A DNA stretch of 64,000 nt, from the NCBI GenBank assembly GCA_963699545.1, contig CAVOUE010000011.1, positions 1-64,000 of the forward strand, written 5' to 3'. The translations under genes and the position numbers were made by a program. The notes under the pieces were generated by a model. That model was not told the DNA's origin. It saw nothing but the letters and a program-made list of their open reading frames with translations, and did not search any database. The DNA comes from Nitrospirota bacterium (lineage in GTDB: Bacteria > Nitrospirota > Thermodesulfovibrionia > Thermodesulfovibrionales > UBA9159). Shown one piece after another: positions 44,495-54,817 of this stretch. Numbering within the stretch: the first letter of the stretch is position 1; every line of letters begins with the position of its first letter.

Positions 44495-45860
44495 ATGAAT
44501 AGAAAGAACAGAGCAGAGATTCTCACTCCCCTCGTGTATATACTGTTCATAGCCTTTATTGTGAGAGCAGCAGTCCCTCTTATTGTCATTTTCACTATCG
44601 GCGACTACACCCTCTTCTACACTCCCGACACATTTTCGTATATGAAGTCGGCAAAGGAACTCTTGGCCCATGGGCAGTTCTCCAGCAATGGGGTCCCCGA
44701 GCTTTTTAGAACTCCGGGATATCCTGTCCTCCTGATCCCGGGGATTCTCCTCGGCAATGCCGAAATCGTGACCATTGCAATACAAATAGTGCTGAGTTGT
44801 TTGACCACGTATGTGGTGTTCAATATCTCCATGCTTCTTTTCAAAGACACCGGAATTGCATCATTCAGTGCGCTCATATATGCCATTGATCCGGTATCCA
44901 TTCTCTATGCCTCGAAGCTTTTGTCAGAGACGCTCTGTGCGTTTCTCACCACTTTGTTTATGTATTGCCTTCTAAAGTATTTCAAGACGGAATCGCCAAA
45001 GGTACTCGTCCTTGCCTCGATCATCCTTTCTGCCTCTGTCTATGTTCGGCCGGCGGGTTACTACCTGCCGATTGTTGTCGTCGTGGTCTTGCTCGTCTGG
45101 TCATTCAGGAGAAGAAAGGCAGCGCTCATCGCTCATGCGCTCGGTTTCCTGGTATGCTCACTCCTGATCATAGGCTCGTGGCAATTAAGAAACCATAGAG
45201 AGGCTGGCTATTCAGGGTTTTCATCTGTTTCTGATCATAATCTCTACTGTTACCAGGCCGCATCCGTGCTCGCGGTTCAGCAGGGAATCCCGTATTATGA
45301 GATGCAACACAGCATGGGTTGTCCTGATGAGGATATATACCTGCGGAAACATCCGGAGCAGAGTTCCTGGGGCAAGGGAGCGATATACCGCTCTATGGGA
45401 AGGGAAGGAATGAGAATAATCCTGAGATAATCCCGCTGCGTATTGTCTCATTCATGTCAAGGGTATGATCAGGACGATTATTGACCCCGGGATATCCGAA
45501 TATCTCATCATGTTTAACCACTATTCCTGGTCTGGCGGCTTGCTCGGTCAGATACTGGATCAAGGCCTGTTTGTCACGATCAAGGGCTTCGCAAGGACAA
45601 CGCCGGTCTTTTTCTTCAGCATGATAACAATATTGGGACTCTATCTGGTGGTGTCATTGAGCTCAGCCGCTATGGCGCTGCTTCATAAAGACTTTCCCTT
45701 CGGTGTTTCGGCAATAGCCATTCTCTGCATACTGGCATACTATCTCGTGGTTTCGGGAGGTCCCGTAGGATATCACAGATTCCGTCTCCCCATTATGCCG
45801 ATGATTTCGGTCTTTTCCGGCTATGGTTTATGCTTAGTGTACGAAAAGTTCAGGCGATAG
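44495..45860 (+). CDS. GT-C type multi-pass membrane glycosyltransferase (ArnT/GT39-like; frameshift ~45425)
   Basis: PDT..Y, RTPGYP, LLSETL, YVRP, RFRLP; about 10 or more hydrophobic segments. Confidence 0.75.
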
Positions 45861-46012
45861 GAGACGGGCGCTCTGCTGCGTGAACAGAGGCGGTACAGAA
45901 AGCAAACATCCCTGTTGTGCGTTACGTGGTTACCTGAGAACCATTGATTTCTTGGCAGTTATTGTGTTAGCATTTATTTTCAATTAACGAAAAACAACTC
46001 GGGGAGGGAACA

Positions 46013-46309
46013 TTGGCAGGAAAGTCAGCACCGAAGAAGAATCCTTCGGCCATCAAAAGGGCACGGCAGGCAGAAAAACACAGGCTTCATAACAGGGCAG
46101 TTAAAACAGCGATTAAGACGGTCACAAAGAAAGTTGAGACTGCGGTAAGCGAGAAGAACAAAGAGGAAGCCCGGGAGGCATTTGTGGAAGCCGCTGTGGT
46201 CATCAGCAAGGCTGCATCAAAGGGCGTGATACACAAAAACACTGCTTCGCGAAAGATATCCCGTCTCGCGAAACTGGCGAATACGGTCCTCAGATCCGCA
46301 GCAGCCTGA
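46013..46309 (+). CDS. rpsT: 30S ribosomal protein S20
   Basis: SAIKRARQ, KAASKGVIHKNTASRKISRL. Confidence 0.97.
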   Translation: MAGKSAPKKNPSAIKRARQAEKHRLHNRAVKTAIKTVTKKVETAVSEKNKEEAREAFVEAAVVISKAASKGVIHKNTASRKISRLAKLANTVLRSAAA

Positions 46310-47174
46310 TAAGCAAATATTCCAGAGGGAAAATTCCTCCGGAAGTCTTTATCCGGACATCTGCCTCATTGAGCAGCTCAAATACTCTGTCGTAGTAAGC
46401 CGTTTTCCCCTTGTCCCGGGAAGACATGCGGCTGTAATGCCAGTTGACGGCGCCCAGAAGTCCATATGACTCCTGAGTTTCCTGAAGTGTCTTTGCCACC
46501 TTGAAAACCTTCTGCGTATCCCTGTCCCTCAGGGCATTCACCAGATCAAAGACATCACAATCATCGCTCCCCCTGACAATATCCATAATGTCCGCGGTAT
46601 CTATACGGCCCTTCCCCATAAGGGTGACCTTCTCCAGTTCGGATGAGAGAAGCCCCATATCCGGACCGACAACGCCCAGAAGATATTCAGCAGCTTCAGT
46701 CGTTATTTCGAAGCCCTTGCGCAAGGCCTTTTCCTTAATCCACGAGGGAAGTTCCTGGGGCCTGACGTCCAGGGGTGTGGCTTTGACTTTTTTCATCAGT
46801 TCCTTAAACTGGGCTTTCGGGCTGCCCTTGTGCAGAAGCATGAGAACGGAGTAGGGGGAAGGGTTCACGGTATACTGTTCAAGATGCTTCATATCCTTTT
46901 TTGCAAGTTCCTGGATGTTCTCGATGATAACGACCTTCTGATTCCCCATAAAAGGGAGGGTGTTCACCACGTCCATGATCTGTTCAAAGGCCGGCACATC
47001 ATCAATGCCGTCCAGGTCAAAGAGATGGACCGAGAAGTCTCTCTCCCCTTCAGGTACCGTCCCTTCGGCCAGTATGGAGGCTTCTCTGAGAAGATAAGGG
47101 TCCTCGGCGTAAAGAAAATATATGGGTGCCTTTAAGCCCTTCTCAATTTCTTGCATAAAATGCTTGATGCTCAT
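46290..47174 (-). CDS. holA: DNA polymerase III delta subunit
   Basis: PIYFLY.ED, TLPFMG, L.SELEK, VFDLV; leuS-lptE-holA order. Confidence 0.88.
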   Translation of the reverse strand: MSIKHFMQEIEKGLKAPIYFLYAEDPYLLREASILAEGTVPEGERDFSVHLFDLDGIDDVPAFEQIMDVVNTLPFMGNQKVVIIENIQELAKKDMKHLEQYTVNPSPYSVLMLLHKGSPKAQFKELMKKVKATPLDVRPQELPSWIKEKALRKGFEITTEAAEYLLGVVGPDMGLLSSELEKVTLMGKGRIDTADIMDIVRGSDDCDVFDLVNALRDRDTQKVFKVAKTLQETQESYGLLGAVNWHYSRMSSRDKGKTAYYDRVFELLNEADVRIKTSGGIFPLEYLLIRLLRI

Positions 47175-47707
47175 TTCACCTCTTTGGCAGGAACGGGCCG
47201 TACACCGGGTCTGTCGTAGATAATGGAGGCGACCACCTCCAAAGCAAAGTCATTCAACGCCCTGTCGGTGGCCAACTCCTTCTGGGCCATAACATTCTGA
47301 AGACTTTCCGTACTGGAGAAGGAAACGATAAAAACCCCGCGTTGCCTCAATGCCCTGGCTTTGCCGGACGTGTCAATGAGCCTGAATTCCCCCCTAATGA
47401 CCACTTCATATTCCACGGCCACCCCACCTTTTTCCGAAAGGGTATTTAATACAAAGGTGGTGATGTTTCCTTCGATCCTGTTCCCTGAACTGCCGTCGAT
47501 GACAAAGCCGCTCCTCATCAATTCATTGTTGAGAGCTATCTGCATCCTGTCTTCCAGCCTCGGTTCAAAGGTCTTGTTTATGATCTTGCTGACGTGTATG
47601 GCCTGAAAAGGGAGATCGGTTTTCCCGTGAATGGTATATCCGCACCCCGGCAAAAGAAGGAACGAGACGAAAATGAGCAACCATTGTTTACGATAATTCA
47701 GAAGCAT
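47171..47707 (-). CDS. lptE: LPS assembly lipoprotein LptE
   Basis: Lipobox LPGCGY; located between leuS and holA. Confidence 0.8.
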   Translation of the reverse strand: MLLNYRKQWLLIFVSFLLLPGCGYTIHGKTDLPFQAIHVSKIINKTFEPRLEDRMQIALNNELMRSGFVIDGSSGNRIEGNITTFVLNTLSEKGGVAVEYEVVIRGEFRLIDTSGKARALRQRGVFIVSFSSTESLQNVMAQKELATDRALNDFALEVVASIIYDRPGVRPVPAKEVK

Positions 47708-47740
47708 ATATGCCTTTCATCGCCACGTGTATTCCCTTGG

Positions 47741-50337
47741 CTACAGCACGATGTTTACGAGTTTCCCTTTGACAATAAACATCTTCCTGATGGTCCTGTC
47801 CCCGAGAAATTCCCTGACCCTCGGATCATCCATCGTCCTCTGCTTTATTTCCTCATCCGGAAGCCCCTGAGGGACCATCATCTTTGCCCTCACTTTTCCG
47901 TTCACCTGGACCACCAGTTCTATCTCCTCTTCCCTGGCGGTCTCCTCATCCCATTGAGGCCACTGCTGACTGAATATGCTCGGTTCGTTGCCCAGTGCCT
48001 CCCACAACTCTTCAGCAATGTGAGGGGAAAAAGGAGAAAGGAGCACAAGCGCCGTCTCCAGAGAATGCTTCAGGACATCCCGGTCCTCATCACTTCGGGG
48101 TTGAAAGACCGAGAGTTCATTTACCAGCTCCATGAGGGCAGCAATAGCGGTATTGAAATGATACTCCCTTTCGATATCCGTGCTCACCCGCTTTATGGTC
48201 TGATGGGTCTTCCGCAAAAGACTCAAGGCATCAGGCGACAGGCTATGGGCTGCACGCGGATCAATTGCGTGTCCGTTCCCCGTAAGCCCTCGCCTCTTGC
48301 CGCTCGTCCTTTCGCGGTTCTTCTGTGCAATTCCCCATATCCTGTTCAGGAACCTGTAGGCTCCCTCAACTCCCTTATCCGCCCATTCCAGGTCCTTTTC
48401 AGGGGGTGCGGCGAAAAGCGAAAACAGCCGGGATGTATCAGCCCCGTACCGGCTGATAAGATGGTCGGGGTCCACCACATTCTTTTTTGATTTCGACATC
48501 TTCTCGACCCTTCCCCTCGCTACCTCCCTGCCGCAGCGCAGACACTTGTCATCCTTCGCCTCCTCCGGAAAAAGCCATCCGTGCTCGGGGCATTTAAGGG
48601 TCTCCATGCATACCATCCCCTGGGTGAGCAGGTTCGTGAAAGGCTCATCGAAATCAAGGATGCCGACATCCCTTATGACCCGCGTGAAGAACCGGGAATA
48701 AAGGAGGTGCAGGACCGCGTGCTCAACGCCCCCTATGTACTGGTCCACCGGCATCCAGTAAGCGACATTATTCTTTGTCCAAGGCATCTTCGTCTTTTCT
48801 CGAACAGTACCGACAAAATACCAGGAGGAATCCACAAAGGTGTCCATGGTATCCGTCTCACGTCTCGCTTCTCCGCCGCACCGGGGACATGCGGTCTTCA
48901 GAAAATCCTCCGAATCAAGCAGGGGAGAACCGCCCTTGCCGGTGAACTTCACGTCTTCGGGAAGTATGACGGGAAGGTCTTTTTCAGCCACCGGGACGAT
49001 GCCGCATGTGTCGCAATAGACCACCGGAATCGGGGTTCCCCAGTATCTCTGGCTCGATATGCCCCAGTCCCGGAGCTTGTAATTGATCACCCTCTTGCCG
49101 AGTCCTTTTTCTTCACAAACTTCCCTATCTCTGCCTTAGCGACTTCACTCTTCATGCCGCTGAATTTCCCGGAATTCACCAGAATACCCGTCATCTTCAT
49201 ACGCCTCTTGTAGGGGCAACCCTTGTGGTTGCCCACTCTCCTGGGCAGGGACAAGCCCTGCCCCTACAATCTTTTCTTCCGGCACTATTACGACCCGTAT
49301 CGGAAGCCCGTATTTCTTCGCAAACTCAAAGTCCCGCTGGTCATGCGCAGGGACAGACATGATGGCGCCGGTACCGTATTCCATCAGGACGAAGTTCGCA
49401 ACATAGATCGGTATCTTTTCGTTATTCATCGGGTTGATGCATAATGTCCGGTAAACAAACCCTCTTTCTCTTCCATCTTCCCGTACTTGGCCTTCATTGC
49501 GTTCAGTTTTTCCTTGTCGGTCACGAGTTTCTCTGAAAGGAGATGCCTCGGTGCAAGGCAGACAAAGGTCGCGCCCAAGAGGGTGTCGGGCCGGGTGGTA
49601 AATATCCTTATCTTCTCCTCCAGTCCGTCAATGGAGAAATCGACCTCAGCACCTTCACTCTTGCCGATCCAGTTCTTCTGCATCACCACGACCTTCTCAG
49701 GCCATCCGGTCAGCTTCTCACATCCTGCAAGGAGTTCTTCGGCATAATGGGTTATCCTGAGGAACCACTGTTCCAGCTCCTTCTGGATCACCACACTGTC
49801 GCACCTCCAGCATTTCCCGTCAATCACCTGTTCGTTGGCAAGGACAGTCGCGCACGACCGGCACCAGTTGACATAGGAGGATTTCTTGTAGGCCAGGTTC
49901 CTCTCGAGCATCTTGATGAAAAACCACTGGTTCCACCGGTAATATTCAGGACTGCAGGTGGTTACCTCCCTGTCCCAGTCATAGCTGAGCCCCATGCGCT
50001 GTCAACTGTTTCTTCATGTAGCCGATATTCTCGTATGTCCATTCGGAGGATGAACGCCCTGCTTTATGGCGGCGTTTTCGGCGGGAAGGCCAAAGGCGTC
50101 CCAGCCCATGGGATGAAGCACATTATATCCCCGCATGCTTTTATACCTGGCGATGACATCGCCGATGGCATAATTACGCACATGCCCCATATGGATCTTT
50201 CCGGAGGGATAGGGAAACATCTCAAGGCAATAGAATTTTTTCCTGGCAGCCTCCGTATCGGTCCGGTAAAGCCCCTTCTCAGCCCAGTATTTCTGCCATT
50301 TCAGCTCTACGCTCTGCGGGTTGTATCTCTCTTCCAA
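47741..50337 (-). CDS. leuS: Leucine--tRNA ligase (several frameshifts)
   Basis: [61 protein letters not shown]. Confidence 0.96.
49208..49269. repeat. GTAG-type REP doublet (REPIN-like) inside the leuS coding sequence
   Basis: TTGTAGGGGCAACCCTTGTGGTTGCCC-ACTCTCCT-GGGCAGGGACAAGCCCTGCCCCTACAA: two inverted units, each GTAG plus its own hairpin. Confidence 0.8.
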
Positions 50338-50444
50338 TGTCCACCTTCCTCCTGTACGGCTCGCCGACAGAAAACATGTGAAAAAATACCATAAACCCCA
50401 GGCCCTTTACAAGAAAAGCGGCGGATATTCAAAAATAGGCATTT

Positions 50445-50599
50445 GTCATTTCGGCGAAAGTGGGTCACCTCAGCGACTCGTTCTCCTCGGCAAATCCGCT
50501 CTCCCCGGCGAGTCGACCGAGGCGACCTGGGTGCGGACCGAGGCGGAATCCAGAAAGGCCTGGATCCCTGGTGATTCGCCTGAGACGGCCCGGAATGAC
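50445..50599. repeat. Nested palindromic REP-like element (GTCATT...AATGAC) between the TonB gene and leuS
   Basis: Ends GTCATTTCGG / CCGGAATGAC; inner GGAATCCAG..CTGGATCCC and GGTCACCTC..CGACTCG / CGAGTCG..GAGGCGACC stems. Confidence 0.6.
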
Positions 50600-50652
50600 G
50601 GAAATGTTTTGTATGACTCCATATCAATGACCTTACGCATAACGCAAGGCTT

Positions 50653-51555
50653 TCATCGGATGTGCGCGCCGTAAATCGAATAAACAAAGTGTCCCGTGAC
50701 GGTCAGATCGTCCTTGCCCCACTCGTCAGGCAATGGCCAGTAAGGCTCACCCTCTTTCAGTGCTTGCATCGCCGCCTGATCAAGACTTCTGTGTCCCGAT
50801 GTCCTCACCAGCTCCACATCGCTCAGCCTGCCATTTTTTGTTATAGTGAACCGTATTACGAGATCGCCGTATATCCCCCTCATTGCAGCATCAGCAGGGT
50901 AATGCCAGATCCGTTCGATCCGGTTCTTTAATCGCAGCATGTAGGTTTCGTACTTGAATTCCCTTGTATCAAAGGTGATGCTGTTGTCGTGCCTGCTCTC
51001 TTCTCTCTTTGCATATTTCTCCACGATCTCCCTGTCGAATAACTTCTCCTTAAGCGATGGGGAAGGCGCTCCTGCGGAACCCCTCTGTGCACTGGGTGCA
51101 CCGCCCCCCCTCGGCACGCTCGCTCCGGGTGCGGCAGGAGAAGCCTCCTGCCCCGCAACTTCCTTATCCCCCAGCCCTCTGGCAACGCTCTCCGGAGCCA
51201 GCCCCTCTTCGGCTTCTCTCTGCCCGGGTTTCAGAGAAGGGGAAGGAGCAGGAGGGATCTCTCTGCGTGGTGTGGCGGGCTGAGCTGTGCGCGGGACCGA
51301 AGGCGCAGGCCGAGATGGCCGCAACCGTAACCCTTCTCCTCGAGGCCTCCCTCCAGAAGGCTCAGGCGGGAACGCCCTGCTCAGTTCCTCCGGACTGACA
51401 AGTCTGGTCACAAAAGGAGCCGTTGATTCCTTTTTTGCCTGGGGGACATAGAAGATCACTACCACCGCCAGAACGTGTATGATCAGGGAAAATGTCAGCG
51501 ACAGTTTCCATTGGGGGGCTTTGTAGCTTTGTCTCTCTAAGAAGAAGAATTTCAT
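50653..51555 (-). CDS. TonB-family protein
   Basis: N-terminal TM SLIIH, Pro-rich linker, C-terminal W.YP..A...GI.G, SG..SLD.AA. Confidence 0.88.
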   Translation of the reverse strand: MKFFFLERQSYKAPQWKLSLTFSLIIHVLAVVVIFYVPQAKKESTAPFVTRLVSPEELSRAFPPEPSGGRPRGEGLRLRPSRPAPSVPRTAQPATPRREIPPAPSPSLKPGQREAEEGLAPESVARGLGDKEVAGQEASPAAPGASVPRGGGAPSAQRGSAGAPSPSLKEKLFDREIVEKYAKREESRHDNSITFDTREFKYETYMLRLKNRIERIWHYPADAAMRGIYGDLVIRFTITKNGRLSDVELVRTSGHRSLDQAAMQALKEGEPYWPLPDEWGKDDLTVTGHFVYSIYGAHIR

Positions 51556-51584
51556 TTCCGGCCCCGAATCATCGGTGAGAGCTC

Positions 51585-52685
51585 TTAGCTCAGGAATCTC
51601 CTGAAGACGTTGACATAGGAAAGAAGGCTTTCCTTGCTCAGATCCTTTCTTAACCAGAGGGCCAGGGATATGTCACGGACTTCCGGCCTTTTATGCACCT
51701 GGACGATCTTTTCTGCCCGGCGGTCGCTCTTCAGAAAATACGCCCAGAGTTTTTTCATAAGGGAGAACCGCTTCTGAAACCGCTGTTCCCACAGCCTTTT
51801 ATAGTCTCCTGTCTTGCCCGCGAGCACAGCCTTTGCCGCATACTCTCCCGACTTCATGGCATAATAGATGCCTTCACAGGTAAAGGGCATTACCTGGCCT
51901 GCGGCATCCCCCACAAAAAGAATCCTCCCTGAATGATAGAAATCTCCCTGCCATAACGGTATCCTGTATCCCCTTAAGGGACCCTCTGATTTCAGCCCTC
52001 TCCTCACCAGAAACCGCTGCCACAGGCCCTTTATTTCGGCATGCCCAAAGGCCCCGGTACCTGCCGAAACTCCCTCCTTTTGCGGAAATACCCACGAATA
52101 ACACCGGGGGGCATGGGATGAGCCAAACCAGAATTCACATGCATCGCTTTCCTCGTCCTTCATCTTTTCGGAAACGGTAAGGACCGATGGAGACGGCTTG
52201 ATGTTCAGCGCGGATCTCACCCTTGAGTTGACGCCGTCCGCAGCGATCACATAATCTGCCTGTACCGTCATGAGATGAGGAGGCTGACCCAGCGTCAATT
52301 GCGCGGTCACCGTCCTTCCCACATCCTCAAAATGTCTAAATTCCGCTTCAAGGAGACGCGCTCCTGATCTTTCCGCCTCAGTCCTCATGACACGGTCAAA
52401 ATCACCTCTCTCTACAATGGCGATGGAGCCTCCATCGAGTTGCACATCTAGGGTATCTCCCCCGGGAGAGACGACCCTCAAAGCGTGGATATGCTTCCTC
52501 ACCGTCGTCTCAGGTATTCCCACCTCGGGGAAGACAGTTGACGGGATACCCCCTCCACACGGTTTTACAAAGCAGACGTCTCTCTCCGCAAGGAGGGTAT
52601 CCATACCGTGCGCGGCCAGGAACCGCGCTGCGGCCGAACCCGCCGGGCCTCCTCCAACGACCAAGACCTGCGTCCTGAGCATCAT
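51585..52685 (-). CDS. Geranylgeranyl reductase family FAD oxidoreductase
   Basis: VVGGGPAG, KPCGGGIP, IAADG.NS, YSWVFP, VGDAAG.V, EGIYYAM.SG. Confidence 0.9.
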   Translation of the reverse strand: MMLRTQVLVVGGGPAGSAAARFLAAHGMDTLLAERDVCFVKPCGGGIPSTVFPEVGIPETTVRKHIHALRVVSPGGDTLDVQLDGGSIAIVERGDFDRVMRTEAERSGARLLEAEFRHFEDVGRTVTAQLTLGQPPHLMTVQADYVIAADGVNSRVRSALNIKPSPSVLTVSEKMKDEESDACEFWFGSSHAPRCYSWVFPQKEGVSAGTGAFGHAEIKGLWQRFLVRRGLKSEGPLRGYRIPLWQGDFYHSGRILFVGDAAGQVMPFTCEGIYYAMKSGEYAAKAVLAGKTGDYKRLWEQRFQKRFSLMKKLWAYFLKSDRRAEKIVQVHKRPEVRDISLALWLRKDLSKESLLSYVNVFRRFLS

Positions 52686-52819
52686 GTGACCACACCAGGT
52701 GCGGTTGCCATTTAATATCTCTTGCAGAACATAGAGGAAAATCCTCCGATCCCTTTTCCCGGCAATGGTTTTTCTCCAGAGTGATTCACTCCCCCGGCTT
52801 CCACACTAATACGACAGCA

Positions 52820-53329
52820 TCAGTTCAGGAAACCCGGGGGGAAGGGGCAGTAGATCCTTGCTCGTTTTGAGGTATTCTTATTGATAAAATGGGCTGAGAC
52901 CTTAAAGAAGAAATCTCCCGCTGAACCGGAAATGGTGCCATCCCTGTTCTCGCCCCACCCTACGGTCTTTTCGTTATTATTAATGGCGATAATGAGATAA
53001 ATGAGACCCTGTTTCATCCCTTCGATGTCCTCTTCACTGGGGAACGGGAGCCCCTTGGTGGGGCCGAACTGGGTGTGGGAATGAAAGTCGCCGATGATCT
53101 GCAGCTTTTCGAACTTGTCAAGGATAGGTTCTATCTTCTTATGGTTCTTTTCGTGGACCACAACACCCTTGTGCCGCCTGGTTGCCGTCTGAAAGCTGAA
53201 GGCGTGCTCCACGATGAACCTGTCCTCAAGCCGGTACCCGAGCAGATATCCGAGGCATTCTCTCCTGTAGACCTCAGCGGAACTGAGGAGGATATCGATA
53301 AATGCATTTTCAGAGAGATAGACCCTCAT
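52820..53329 (-). CDS. MPN/JAB (JAMM) metalloprotease-domain protein
   Basis: ECLGYLLG, IGDFHSHT, PSEED. Confidence 0.85.
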   Translation of the reverse strand: MRVYLSENAFIDILLSSAEVYRRECLGYLLGYRLEDRFIVEHAFSFQTATRRHKGVVVHEKNHKKIEPILDKFEKLQIIGDFHSHTQFGPTKGLPFPSEEDIEGMKQGLIYLIIAINNNEKTVGWGENRDGTISGSAGDFFFKVSAHFINKNTSKRARIYCPFPPGFLN

Positions 53330-53358
53330 GACACTCTTTGAAAAACGTCCATTATTTT

Positions 53359-53823
53359 CTATTGCCCCTTTTCTTCCTTCTGCGGGGGAACCCCCACAGT
53401 GAGAACGGCGCAGGGTGCGTGCCTTACTACCCTCTCCGCTGTGCTGCCGAAGATCACACGGTCCAGTCCCTTCCTGCTGTGGGTCCCCATAATGATCATG
53501 TCGATCTTGTTCTCCTCGGCAAACTTCAATATCTCCTCGTGAGGCACTCCTTTTAATACCATATACTCAATATCCTTGTATCCTCTGAGGTCTTCGACGC
53601 AGCATTTCTCTATTTCCTTCAAGGCATTGGAGGCAATATCCCTGTAAAGTTCGTCCATGCTTATGTGGGGAACATACCATCCCGTAGCCCGCGCCACATC
53701 ATACATGACATGGACAACGTACAGCTTTGCTCCGTAGTGCTTTGTCAGGTCAGCCACAAAGGGCACTGCATGTGCAGAACCTTCAGAAATGTCGGTGGGA
53801 AAAAGAATCCTTTTGATCTCCAT
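53359..53823 (-). CDS. Universal stress protein
   Basis: ILFPTD.S, G.PHEEI, DMIIMGTH, FGSTAERVVRHAPCAVLTV. Confidence 0.96.
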   Translation of the reverse strand: MEIKRILFPTDISEGSAHAVPFVADLTKHYGAKLYVVHVMYDVARATGWYVPHISMDELYRDIASNALKEIEKCCVEDLRGYKDIEYMVLKGVPHEEILKFAEENKIDMIIMGTHSRKGLDRVIFGSTAERVVRHAPCAVLTVGVPPQKEEKGQ

Positions 53824-53824
53824 A

Positions 53825-54817
53825 TCAAGCCTCCCTCAAATATTTTGCTGCATCCTCAGGGGATGTTGTCAAGACATAAAAATCCGAACCCCACTCGAAA
53901 CCGCTCATCATGACAAGGCGGGGCATTATCTCTATGTGCCAGTGGAAATCGTCGCCCAGGGTATGCCAGTGATTGCGCCTCGGGATCCTGTTCGGCGCCG
54001 TGTGGATAACGTAATTGTACGGAGAATCTCCGAGGGTGCGGCGCATCTTCTTCAGAACCGTGAAAAGCATGAGACTGAGGTCCTCCATTTCGTTGTCCGT
54101 GATGTCCTGGAAAGCGCACCCATGTCTCTTCGGCAATATCCAGGACTCAAAGGGAAACTTCGGGGCAAAGGGGCTGAAAGTGAAAAAATCCCTGGTTTCG
54201 AACACAACCCTCTCACCCACTCTCAGTTCCTCCCTCATGATATCACAGAAGATACAGCGTTCCTTGTACTCGTAGTATTGTTTTGCGCCGTCAAGCTCTT
54301 CCTTAATGAGTTTGGGGATTATGGGCGTCGCCATCAGCTCCGAATGGGGATGGTTATAAGCGGCACCTGCGCCCTTCCCCGAATTCTTGAATATCAGGAT
54401 ATAGCGCAACCGCTGATCCTTTTCCAGGTCCGCAACCCTGTCCCGGTACAACCGTATGATCCGCAGCATCTGATCGACCCCTATATCTTCCGGCTGCCTG
54501 CTGTGCTCAGGGCTGTCGACGATGATCTCATTGGCACCAACGCTGTTCATCTTGTCATAGATCCCGAGACCTTTCCTGCCGAGATCGCCCTCCACATGCA
54601 ATATGGGCTTGAAGTTGGGAATTACCCTTGTCCACCACCTGCCCCCCTCCCTTACGGCAACGATCTCCGGAGGCGTCTCCCCCTCTCTTCCGGGACACAG
54701 GACGCACGAAGTCTCTTTTGAATCTTCGGCATGCGACCGGTAATCGTCAGGCGGCTTTGAATCGCTCATCACCGCAACCCATCTGCCTGATAAAGGGTCT
54801 TTTCTCAATTCATGCAT
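53825..54817 (-). CDS. galT: Galactose-1-phosphate uridylyltransferase family (HIT-like)
   Basis: ELRKDP, C.LCPG.E..TPPE, KNSG..AGA...HPHS, CIFCD, HWHIEI.PR. Confidence 0.88.
   Translation of the reverse strand: MHELRKDPLSGRWVAVMSDSKPPDDYRSHAEDSKETSCVLCPGREGETPPEIVAVREGGRWWTRVIPNFKPILHVEGDLGRKGLGIYDKMNSVGANEIIVDSPEHSRQPEDIGVDQMLRIIRLYRDRVADLEKDQRLRYILIFKNSGKGAGAAYNHPHSELMATPIIPKLIKEELDGAKQYYEYKERCIFCDIMREELRVGERVVFETRDFFTFSPFAPKFPFESWILPKRHGCAFQDITDNEMEDLSLMLFTVLKKMRRTLGDSPYNYVIHTAPNRIPRRNHWHTLGDDFHWHIEIMPRLVMMSGFEWGSDFYVLTTSPEDAAKYLREA

Noticed and set aside
48530-48610. Cys/His-rich insert in LeuS before KMSKS (CPEH..CLRC)
   Set aside because: It occupies the leucine-specific domain, where zinc-knuckle variants are known; not treated as novel.
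50338-50652. T-box riboswitch upstream of leuS
   Set aside because: No T-box consensus or terminator/antiterminator pair; better explained as a REP-like element.
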